From assembly GCF_009914755.1 (NCBI RefSeq), contig NC_060928.1: a DNA stretch of 64,000 bases; one strand, given 5' to 3'. The notes beneath the pieces were generated by a model, which was given only the letters and a program-made list of their open reading frames with translations, was not told the DNA's origin and did not search any database. This DNA comes from the human T2T-CHM13v2.0 reference genome, Homo sapiens. Positions 53,001-64,000 of the stretch are shown here, in pieces. The translations under genes were made by a program, and so were the position numbers. The number at the start of each line of letters is the position of its first letter. Position 1 is the stretch's first letter.

Positions 53001-53983
53001 CACAGAATTGAACATTCCTTTTCATAGTGCAGGTTTGAAACACTCTTTCTGTAGTATCTGGAAGTGGACATTTCAAGCGCTTTCAGGCCTACGGGGAGAA
53101 AGGAAATATCTTCAAATAAAAACTAGACAGAAGGATTCTCAGAAACTTATTTGTGATGTGTGTCCTAAACGAACACAGTTGAACCTTTGTTTTGATACAG
53201 CATTTTGGAAACACTCCTTTTGTAGGATCTGCAGGTGGATATTTGGATAGATTTTAAGATTTCGTTGGAAACGGGAGTTTCTTCATAGAAACTCAAGACA
53301 GATGCATTCTCAGAAACATCTCTGTGATGTTTGCATTCCACTCATAGAGTTGAAAACTTCCTTTCATAGAGCAGGTTTGAAACACTCTTTTTGTAATATT
53401 TGGAAGTGGACATTTGCAGCACTTTGAGGCCTATGGTGAAAAAGGAAATATCTTCTCATAAAAACCAGAAACAAGCATTCTCAGAAACTTCTTTTTGATG
53501 TGTGTACTCAAGTAACAGAGTTGAACCTTCCTTTTGACACAGCAGTTTTGAAACAATCTTTTTGTAGAATCTGCAAGTGGATATTTGGATAGCTTTGAGG
53601 ATTTCGTTGGAAACGGGATATCTTCATATAAAATCTAGACAGAAGCATTCTCAGAAACTTCTTTGTGCTGTATGCCCTCAATTAACAGAGTTGAACCATT
53701 GGATACAGCATTTTGGAAACATTCCTTGAGTAGAATCTGCAAGTTGATATTTAGATAGATTTGAAGATTTCATTGGAAAAGGGAATATCTCCATATAAAA
53801 TCTAGAGGGAAGCATTCTCAGAAACTGCTTTGTGATGTTTCCATTCAAGTCACAGAGTTGAATATTCCCTTTTATAGAGCACGTTTGAAACACTCTTTCT
53901 GCACTATCTGGAAGTGGACATTTCGAGCGCTTTGAGGCCTATGGTGAAAAAGGAAATATCTTCCCATAAAAACTAGACAGAAG
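50077..53983 (+). repeat. 23-mer HOR variant (3907 bp)
   Basis: Spacing 50103 to 54010; extra block 51264-51942. Confidence 0.95.
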
Positions 53984-56900
53984 CATTCTCAGAAACTTGT
54001 TTGTGATGTGTGTATTCAACTAACAGAGTTGAACTTTTGTTTTTACAGAGCCGTTTTAAAACACTCTTTTTGTGGAATCAGAAAGTGGATATTCGGATGG
54101 CTCTGAGGATTTCGTTGGAAGCGGGATTACATATAAAATCTAGAGAGAAGCATTCTCAGGAACTTCTTTGTGATGTTTGCATTGAAGTCACAGAATTGAA
54201 CATTCACTTTGATAGAGCAGGTTTGAAACACTCATTCTGTAGTATCTGGAACTGGACATTTCAAGCGCTTTCAGGCCTATGGTGAGAAAGGAAATATCTT
54301 CGAATAAAAACTAGACAGAAGCATCCTCAGAAACTTATTTGTGATGTGTGTCCTCAACTAACAGAGTTGAAACTTTGTTTTGATACAGCATTTTGGAAAC
54401 ACTCTTTTTGTAGAATCTGCAGGTGGATATTTGGATAGCTTAGAGGGATTCGTTGGAAAGGGGATATCTTCATATAAAATCTAGACAGAAGCATTCTCAG
54501 AAACTTATTTGTGATGTGTGTCCTCAACTAACAGAGTTGAACCTTGGTTTTGATACAGCATTTTGGAAACACTCCTTTTGTAGAATCTGCAGGTGGAAAT
54601 GTGGATAGCTCTGAAGATTTCGTTGGAAACGGGAATTTCTTCATATAAAATCAAACAGAAGCATTCTCAGAAACTTCTCAGTGATGTTTGCATTCAGCTC
54701 ATGGAGTTGAACACTTCCTTTCATAGAACCGGTTTGAAACACTCTTTCTGCACTACCTGGAAGAGGACATTTCGAGCGCTTTGAGTCCTATGGTGAAAAA
54801 GGAAATATCTTCTCATAAAAACCAGAAAGAAGCATTCTCAGAAACTTCTTTGTGTTGTGTGTACTCATGTAACAGTGTTGAACCATCCTTTTGACAGAGC
54901 AGTTTTGAAACACTCTTTTTGTAGAATCTGCAAGTGGATATTTGGATAGCTTTGAGGATTTCGTTGGAAACGGGATGACATATAATATCTAGAGAGAAGC
55001 ATTCTCAGGAACTTCTTTGTGATGTTTGCATTCAAGTCACAGAATTGAACATTCCCTTTCATAGAGCAGGTTTGAAACACTCTTTCTCTAGTATCTGGAA
55101 GTGGGCATTTCAAGCGCTTTCAGGCCCATGGAGAGAAAGGAAATACCTTCAAATAAAAACTAGACAGAAGCATTCTCAGAAACTTATTTGTGATGTGTGT
55201 CCTCAACTAACAGAGTTGAACCTTGGTTTTGATACAGCATTTTGGAAACGCTCCTTTTGTAGAATCTGCAGGTGGATATGTGGATAGCTCTGAAGATTTC
55301 GTTGGAAACGGGAATTTCTTCATATAAAATCAAACAGAAGCATTCTCAGAAACTTCTCAGTGATGTTTGCATTCAGCTCATGGAGTTGAACACTTCCTTT
55401 CATAGAACCGGTTTGAAACACTCTTTCTGCACTACCTGGAAGAGGACATTTCGAGCGCTTTGAGTCCTATGGTGAAAAAGGAAATATCTTCTCATAAAAA
55501 CCAGAAAGAAGCATTCTCAGAAACTTCTTTGTGTTGTGTGTACTCATGTAACAGTGTTGAACCATCCTTTTGACAGAGCAGTTTTGAAACACTCTTTTTG
55601 TAGAATCTGCAAGTGGATATTTGGATAGCTTTGAGGATTTCGTTGGAAACGGGATGACATATAATATCTAGAGAGAAGCATTCTCAGGAACTTCTTTGTG
55701 ATGTTTGCATTCAAGTCACAGAATTGAACATTCCCTTTCATAGAGCAGGTTTGAAACACTCTTTCTCTAGTATCTGGAAGTGGGCATTTCAAGCGCTTTC
55801 AGGCCTATTGAGAGAAAGGAAATACCTTCAAATAAAAACTAGACAGAAGCATTCTCAGAAACTTATTTGTGATGTGTGTCCTCAACTAACAGAGTTGAAC
55901 CTTTGTTTTGATACAGCATTTTGGAAACACTCCTTTTGTAGAATCTGCAGGTGGATATTTGGATAACTTTGAAGATTTCATTGGAAACCGGAATATCTTC
56001 ATATAAAATCAAGACAGAAGCATTCTCGGAAACATCTCTGTGATGTTTGCATTCAACTCAGTAGAGTTGAACACTTCCTTTCATAGAGCCGGTTTGAAAC
56101 ACTCTTTCTGCACTACCTGGAAGCGGACATTTCGAGCGCTTTGAGGCCTATGGTGAAAAAGGAAATATCTTCTCATAAAAACCAGAAAGAAGCATTCTCA
56201 GAAACTTCTTTGTGTTGTGTGTACTCAAGTAACAGTGTTGAACCTTCCTTTTGACACAGCAGTTTTGAAACACTCTTTTGGTAGAATCTGCAAGTGGATA
56301 TTTGGATAGCTTTGAGGATTTCGTTGGAAACGGGTTATCTTCATATAAAATCCAGACAGGAGCATTCTCAGAAACTTCTTTGTGCTGCATGTCCTCAATT
56401 CACAGAGCTGAACCTTTGTTTGGATACAGCATTTTGGAAACATTCCTTTAGTAGAATCTGCAAGTTGATATTTAGATAGCTTTGAAGATTTCGTTGGAAA
56501 CGGGAATATCTTCATAGAAAATCTAGACGGAAGCATTCTCAGAAACTGCTTTGTGATGTTTGCATTCAAGTCACAGAGTTGAATATTCCCTTTTATAGAG
56601 TAGGTTTGAAACACTCTTTTGGCACTACCTGGAAGTGGATATTTCGAGCTCTTTGAGGCCTATGGTTAAAAGGAAATATCTTCCCATAAAAACTAGACAG
56701 AAGCCGTCTCAGAAACTTGTTTGTGATGTGTGTATTCAACTAACAGAGTTGAACATTTCTGTTACAGAGCAATTTTAAAACACTCTTTTTGTGGAATCTG
56801 AAAGTGGATAATTGGATAGCTTTGTGGATTTCGTTGGAAACGGGATGACGTATAAAATCTAGAGAGAAGCATTCTCAGGAACTTCTTTGTGATGTTTGCA

Positions 56901-57890
56901 TTCAAGTCACAGAATTGAACATTCCCTTTCATAGAGCAGGTTTGAAACACTCTTTCTCTAGTATCTGGAAGTGGGCATTTCAAGCGCTTTCAGGCCTATG
57001 GAGAGAAAGGAAATACCTTCAAATAAAAACTAGACAGAAGCATTCTCAGAAACTTATTTGTGATGTGTGTCCTCAACTAACAGAGTTGAACCTTTGTTTT
57101 GATACAGCATTTTGGAAACACTCCTTTTGTAGGATCTGCAGGTGGATATTTGGATAGATTTTAAGATTTCGTTGGAAACGGGAGTTTCTTCATAGAAACT
57201 CAAGACAGATGCATTCTCAGAAACATCTCTGTGATGTTTGCATTCCACTCATAGAGTTGAAAACTTCCTTTCATAGAGCAGGTTTGAAACACTCTTTTTG
57301 TAATATTTGGAAGTGGACATTTGCAGCACTTTGAGGCCTATGGTGAAAAAGGAAATATCTTCTCATAAAAACCAGAAACAAGCATTCTCAGAAACTTCTT
57401 TTTGATGTGTGTACTCAAGTAACAGAGTTGAACCTTCCTTTTGACACAGCAGTTTTGAAACAATCTTTTTGTAGAATCTGCAAGTGGATATTTGGATAGC
57501 TTTGAGGATTTCGTTGGAAACGGGATATCTTCATATAAAATCTAGACAGAAGCATTCTCAGAAACTTCTTTGTGCTGTATGCCCTCAATTAACAGAGTTG
57601 AACCATTGGATACAGCATTTTGGAAACATTCCTTGAGTAGAATCTGCAAGTTGATATTTAGATAGATTTGAAGATTTCATTGGAAAAGGGAATATCTCCA
57701 TATAAAATCTAGAGGGAAGCATTCTCAGAAACTGCTTTGTGATGTTTCCATTCAAGTCACAGAGTTGAATATTCCCTTTTATAGAGCACGTTTGAAACAC
57801 TCTTTCTGCACTATCTGGAAGTGGACATTTCGAGCGCTTTGAGGCCTATGGTGAAAAAGGAAATATCTTCCCATAAAAACTAGACAGAAG
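53984..57890 (+). repeat. 23-mer HOR variant (3907 bp)
   Basis: Spacing 54010 to 57917; extra block 55171-55849. Confidence 0.95.
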
Positions 57891-60800
57891 CATTCTCAGA
57901 AACTTGTTTGTGATGTGTGTATTCAACTAACAGAGTTGAACTTTTGTTTTTACAGAGCCGTTTTAAAACACTCTTTTTGTGGAATCAGAAAGTGGATATT
58001 CGGATGGCTCTGAGGATTTCGTTGGAAGCGGGATTACATATAAAATCTAGAGAGAAGCATTCTCAGGAACTTCTTTGTGATGTTTGCATTGAAGTCACAG
58101 AATTGAACATTCACTTTGATAGAGCAGGTTTGAAACACTCATTCTGTAGTATCTGGAAGTGGACATTTCAAGCGCTTTCAGGCCTATGGTGAGAAAGGAA
58201 ATATCTTCGAATAAAAACTAGACAGAAGCATCCTCAGAAACTTATTTGTGATGTGTGTCCTCAACTAACAGAGTTGAAACTTTGTTTTGATACAGCATTT
58301 TGGAAACACTCTTTTTGTAGAATCTGCAGGTGGATATTTGGATAGCTTAGAGGGATTCGTTGGAAAGGGGATATCTTCATATAAAATCTAGACAGAAGCA
58401 TTCTCAGAAACTTATTTGTGATGTGTGTCCTCAACTAACAGAGTTGAACCTTGGTTTTGATACAGCATTTTGGAAACACTCCTTTTGTAGAATCTGCAGG
58501 TGGATATGTGGATAGCTCTGAAGATTTCGTTGGAAACGGGAATTTCTTCATATAAAATCAAACAGAAGCATTCTCAGAAACTTCTCAGTGATGTTTGCAT
58601 TCAGCTCATGGAGTTGAACACTTCCTTTCATAGAGCCGGTTTGAAACACTCTTTCTGCACTACCTGGAAGAGGACATTTCGAGCGCTTTGAGTCCTATGG
58701 TGAAAAAGGAAATATCTTCTCATAAAAACCAGAAAGAAGCATTCTCAGAAACTACTTTGTGTTGTGTGTACTCATGTAACAGTGTTGAACCATCCTTTTG
58801 ACAGAGCAGTTTTGAAACACTCTTTTTGTAGAATCTGCAAGTGGATATTTGGATAGCTTTGAGGATTTCGTTGGAAACGGGATGACATATAATCTCTAGA
58901 GAGAAGCATACTCAGGAACTTCTTTGTGATGTTTGCATTCAAGTCACAGAATTGAACATTCCCTTTCATAGAGCAGGTTTGAAACACTCTTTCTCTAGTA
59001 TCTGGAAGTGGGCATTTCAAGCGCTTTCAGGCCTATGGAGAGAAAGGAAATACCTTCAAATAAAAACTAGACAGAAGCATTCTCAGAAACTTATTTGTGA
59101 TGTGTGTCCTCAACTAACAGAGTTGAACCTTTGTTTTGATACAGCATTTTGGAAACACTCCTTTTGTAGAATCTGCAGGTGGATATTTGGATAACTTTGA
59201 AGATTTCGTTGGAAACCGGAATATCTTCATATAAAATCAAGACAGAAGCATTCTCGGAAACATCTCTGTGATGTTTGCATTCAACTCAGTAGAGTTGAAC
59301 ACTTCCTTTCATAGAGCAGGTTTGAAACACTCTTTCTGCACTACCTGGAAGCGAACATTTCGAGCGCTTTGAGGCCTATGGTGAAAAAGGAAATATCTTC
59401 TCATAAAAACCAGAAAGAAGCATTCTCAGAAACTTCTTTGTGTTGTGTGTACTCAAGTAACAGTGTTGAACCTTCCTTTTGACACAGCAGTTTTGAAACA
59501 CTCTTTTGGTAGAATCTGCAAGTGGATATTTGGATAGCTTTGAGGATTTCGTTGGAAACGGGTTATCTTCATATAAAATCCAGACAGGAGCATTCTCAGA
59601 AACTTCTTTGTGCTGCATGTCCTCAATTCACAGAGCTGAACCTTTGTTTGGATACAGCATTTTGGAAACATTCCTTTAGTAGAATCTGCAAGTTGATATT
59701 TAGATAGCTTTGAAGATTTCGTTGGAAACGGGAATATCTTCATAGAAAATCTAGACGGAAGCATTCTCAGAAACTGCTTTGTGATGTTTGCATTCAAGTC
59801 ACAGAGTTGAATATTCCCTTTTATAGAGTAGGTTTGAAACACTCTTTCGGCACTACCTGGAAGTGGATATTTCGAGCTCTTTGAGGCCTATGGTTAAAAG
59901 GAAATATCTTCCCATAAAAACTAGACAGAAGCCGTCTCAGAAACTTGTTTGTGATGTGTGTATTCAACTAACAGAGTTGAACATTTCTGTTACAGAGCAA
60001 TTTTAAAACACTCTTTTTGTGGAATCTGAAAGTGGATAATTGGATAGCTTTGTGGATTTCGTTGGAAACGGGATGACATATAAAATCTAGAGAGAAGCAT
60101 TCTCAGGAACTTCTTTCTGATGTTTGCATTCAAGTCACAGAATTGAACATTCCTTTTCATAGTGCAGGTTTGAAACACTCTTTCTGTAGTATCTGGAAGT
60201 GGACATTTCAAGCGCTTTCAGGCCTACGGGGAGAAAGGAAATATCTTCAAATAAAAACTAGACAGAAGGATTCTCAGAAACTTATTTGTGATGTGTGTCC
60301 TAAACGAACACAGTTGAACCTTTGTTTTGATACAGCATTTTGGAAACACTCCTTTTGTAGGATCTGCAGGTGGATATTTGGATAGATTTTAAGATTTCGT
60401 TGGAAACGGGAGTTTCTTCATAGAAACTCAAGACAGATGCATTCTCAGAAACATCTCTGTGATGTTTGCATTCCACTCATAGAGTTGAAAACTTCCTTTC
60501 ATAGAGCAGGTTTGAAACACTCTTTTTGTAATATTTGGAAGTGGACATTTGCAGCACTTTGAGGCCTATGGTGAAAAAGGAAATATCTTCTCATAAAAAC
60601 CAGAAACAAGCATTCTCAGAAACTTCTTTTTGATGTGTGTACTCAAGTAACAGAGTTGAACCTTCCTTTTGACACAGCAGTTTTGAAACAATCTTTTTGT
60701 AGAATCTGCAAGTGGATATTTGGATAGCTTTGAGGATTTCGTTGGAAACGGGATATCTTCATATAAAATCTAGACAGAAGCATTCTCAGAAACTTCTTTG

Positions 60801-61118
60801 TGCTGTATGCCCTCAATTAACAGAGTTGAACCATTGGATACAGCATTTTGGAAACATTCCTTGAGTAGAATCTGCAAGTTGATATTTAGATAGATTTGAA
60901 GATTTCATTGGAAAAGGGAATATCTCCATATAAAATCTAGAGGGAAGCATTCTCAGAAACTGCTTTGTGATGTTTCCATTCAAGTCACAGAGTTGAATAT
61001 TCCCTTTTATAGAGCACGTTTGAAACACTCTTTCTGCACTATCTGGAAGTGGACATTTCGAGCGCTTTGAGGCCTATGGTGAAAAAGGAAATATCTTCCC
61101 ATAAAAACTAGACAGAAG
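57891..61118 (+). repeat. 19-mer HOR (3228 bp)
   Basis: Spacing 57917 to 61145. Confidence 0.95.
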
Positions 61119-64000
61119 CATTCTCAGAAACTTGTTTGTGATGTGTGTATTCAACTAACAGAGTTGAACTTTTGTTTTTACAGAGCCGTTTTAAAACACT
61201 CTTTTTGTGGAATCAGAAAGTGGATATTCGGATGGCTCTGAGGATTTCGTTGGAAGCGGGATTACATATAAAATCTAGAGAGAAGCATTCTCAGGAACTT
61301 CTTTGTGATGTTTGCATTGAAGTCACAGAATTGAACATTCACTTTGATAGAGCAGGTTTGAAACACTCATTCTGTAGTATCTGGAAGTGGACATTTCAAG
61401 CGCTTTCAGGCCTATGGTGAGAAAGGAAATATCTTCGAATAAAAACTAGACAGAAGCATCCTCAGAAACTTATTTGTGATGTGTGTCCTCAACTAACAGA
61501 GTTGAAACTTTGTTTTGATACAGCATTTTGGAAACACTCTTTTTGTAGAATCTGCAGGTGGATATTTGGATAGCTTAGAGGGATTCGTTGGAAAGGGGAT
61601 ATCTTCATATAAAATCTAGACAGAAGCATTCTCAGAAACTTATTTGTGATGTGTGTCCTCAACTAACAGAGTGGAACCTTGGTTTTGATACAGCATTTTG
61701 GAAACACTCCTTTTGTAGAATCTGCAGGTGGATATGTGGATAGCTCTGAAGATTTCGTTGGAAACGGGAATTTCTTCATATAAAATCAAACAGAAGCATT
61801 CTCAGAAACTTCTCAGTGATGTTTGCATTCAGCTCATGGAGTTGAACACTTCCTTTCATAGAACCGGTTTGAAACACTCTTTCTGCACTACCTGGAAGAG
61901 GACATTTCGAGCGCTTTGAGTCCTATGGTGAAAAAGGAAATATCTTCTCATAAAAACCAGAAAGAAGCATTCTCAGAAACTTCTTTGTGTTGTGTGTACT
62001 CATGTAACAGTGTTGAACCATCCTTTTGACAGAGCAGTTTTGAAACACTCTTTTTGTAGAATCTGCAAGTGGATATTTGGATAGCTTTGAGGATTTCGTT
62101 GGAAACGGGATGACATATAATATCTAGAGAGAAGCATTCTCAGGAACTTCTTTGTGATGTTTGCATTCAAGTCACAGAATTGAACATTCCCTTTCATAGA
62201 GCAGGTTTGAAACACTCTTTCTCTAGTATCTGGAAGTGGGCATTTCAAGCGCTTTCAGGCCTATGGAGAGAAAGGAAATACCTTCAAATAAAAACTAGAC
62301 AGAAGCATTCTCAGAAACTTATTTGTGATGTGTGTCCTCAACTAACAGAGTTGAACCTTGGTTTTGATACAGCATTTTGGAAACGCTCCTTTTGTAGAAT
62401 CTGCAGGTGGATATGTGGATAGCTCTGAAGATTTCGTTGGAAACGGGAATTTCTTCATATAAAATCAAACAGAAGCATTCTCAGAAACTTCTCAGTGATG
62501 TTTGCATTCAGCTCATGGAGTTGAACACTTCCTTTCTTAGAACCGGTTTGAAACACTCTTTCTGCACTACCTGGAAGAGGACATTTCGAGCGCTTTGAGT
62601 CCTATGGTGAAAAAGGAAATATCTTCTCATAAAAACCAGAAAGAAGCATTCTCAGAAACTTCTTTGTGTTGTGTGTACTCATGTAACAGTGTTGAACCAT
62701 CCTTTTGACAGAGCAGTTTTGAAACACTCTTTTTGTAGAATCTGCAAGTGGATATTTGGATAGCTTTGAGGATTTCGTTGGAAACGGGATGACATATAAT
62801 ATCTAGAGAGAAGCATTCTCAGGAACTTCTTTGTGATGTTTGCATTCAAGTCACAGAATTGAACATTCCCTTTCATAGAGCAGGTTTGAAACACTCTTTC
62901 TCTAGTATCTGGAAGTGGGCATTTCAAGCGCTTTCAGGCCTATGGAGAGAAAGGAAATACCTTCAAATAAAAACTAGACAGAAGCATTCTCAGAAACTTA
63001 TTTGTGATGTGTGTCCTCAACTAACAGAGTTGAACCTTTGTTTTGATACAGCATTTTGGAAACACTCCTTTTGTAGAATCTGCAGGTGGATATTTGGATA
63101 ACTTTGAAGATTTCATTGGAAACCGGAATATCTTCATATAAAATCAAGACAGAAGCATTCTCGGAAACATCTCTGTGATGTTTGCATTCAACTCAGTAGA
63201 GTTGAACACTTCCTTTCATAGAGCCGGTTTGAAACACTCTTTCTGCACTACCTGGAAGCGGACATTTCGAGCGCTTTGAGGCCTATGGTGAAAAAGGAAA
63301 TATCTTCTCATAAAAACCAGAAAGAAGCATTCTCAGAAACTTCTTTGTGTTGTGTGTACTCAAGTAACAGTGTTGAACCTTCCTTTTGACACAGCAGTTT
63401 TGAAACACTCTTTTGGTAGAATCTGCAAGTGGATATTTGGATAGCTTTGAGGATTTCGTTGGAAACGGGTTATCTTCATATAAAATCCAGACAGGAGCAT
63501 TCTCAGAAACTTCTTTGTGCTGCATGTCCTCAATTCACAGAGCTGAACCTTTGTTTGGATACAGCATTTTGGAAACATTCCTTTAGTAGAATCTGCAAGT
63601 TGATATTTAGATAGCTTTGAAGATTTCGTTGGAAACGGGAATATCTTCATAGAAAATCTAGACGGAAGCATTCTCAGAAACTGCTTTGTGATGTTTGCAT
63701 TCAAGTCACAGAGTTGAATATTCCCTTTTATAGAGTAGGTTTGAAACACTCTTTTGGCACTACCTGGAAGTGGATATTTCGAGCTCTTTGAGGCCTATGG
63801 TTAAAAGGAAATATCTTCCCATAAAAACTAGACAGAAGCCGTCTCAGAAACTTGTTTGTGATGTGTGTATTCAACTAACAGAGTTGAACATTTCTGTTAC
63901 AGAGCAATTTTAAAACACTCTTTTTGTGGAATCTGAAAGTGGATAATTGGATAGCTTTGTGGATTTCGTTGGAAACGGGATGACGTATAAAATCTAGAGA
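61119..64000 (+). repeat. 23-mer-type HOR, truncated by the window end
   Basis: Extra m4-m7 block at 62306-62984 (ORF repeat 61728 to 62407 = 679 bp). Confidence 0.93.

Larger units (their letters stand above)
1..64000 (+). repeat. Alpha satellite higher-order repeat array (centromeric), probably human chr4 D4Z1 / S2C4H1L, SF2-like
   Basis: Continuous 166-172-bp monomers beginning CATTCTCAGAAACT, carrying CENP-B boxes (TTTCGTTGGAAACGGGA) or pJalpha-type motifs (CTATGGTGAAAAAGGAA). The ORF track recurs at a 3232-bp period (3017 to 6249). Alpha satellite identity is essentially certain; the D4Z1 assignment rests on recalled 19-mer/3.2-kb size (about 0.8). Confidence 0.99.

Noticed and set aside
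198-63749. Many recurring 61-146 aa ORFs on both strands
   Set aside because: They are chance open frames in alpha satellite. They repeat with the HOR period, overlap on both strands, often start at GTG/TTG, are freely broken by indels and resemble no protein family I recognise. I used them only as coordinate markers.
32567-63800. Possible long-range duplication 32.6-38.5 kb versus 57.9-63.8 kb (offset 25324)
   Set aside because: The shared markers (AAACTACTTT, ATAATCTCTA, CATACTC) also occur in several other units, and the m2 marker differs (AACTGG vs AAGTGG), so it is not diagnostic.
1-64000. CRISPR-like repeat/spacer appearance of the recurring CATTCTCAGAAAC motif
   Set aside because: The intervening sequences are homologous monomer bodies, not unique spacers, and there are no cas genes or leader.
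1-64000. L1/Alu insertion, inversion or non-alphoid interruption
   Set aside because: None seen: no poly-A tails or target-site duplications, all monomers are in one orientation, and every interval is a whole number of monomers.
1-64000. Claim that this window is the active kinetochore (CENP-A) domain or is transcribed from TATA-like CATATAAAA motifs
   Set aside because: Neither can be determined from sequence; the motif is an ordinary part of the monomer consensus.
1-64000. A previously undescribed gene-based biological system
   Set aside because: There is no unique or coding sequence; everything is explained by satellite structure and turnover.

Overview
The whole 64 kb window is one uninterrupted, single-orientation array of ~171-bp primate alpha satellite (centromeric DNA), organised as higher-order repeats (HORs). 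The dominant unit is a 19-monomer, 3232-bp HOR with a broken A/B alternation. This size and SF2-like character best match the human chr4 live HOR D4Z1 (S2C4H1L); the name is from recall, not a search. I number monomers m1-m19 arbitrarily from position 2991. Unit order is 14,19,19,23,19,23,19,19,19,14,19,23,19,19,23,23,23,19,23(partial). I see no genes, RNA genes, transposon insertions, inversions or CRISPR arrays, and all listed ORFs are satellite artefacts. I found no new gene system. The interesting signal is array evolution: two diverged 14-mer (7+7) units that look ancestral, a single-origin 23-mer with apparent collapse products, a length-neutral out-of-register conversion tract, nested multi-HOR duplications (7137, 10365 and 7818 bp), and CpG loss that spreads only in already-degenerate CENP-B boxes.
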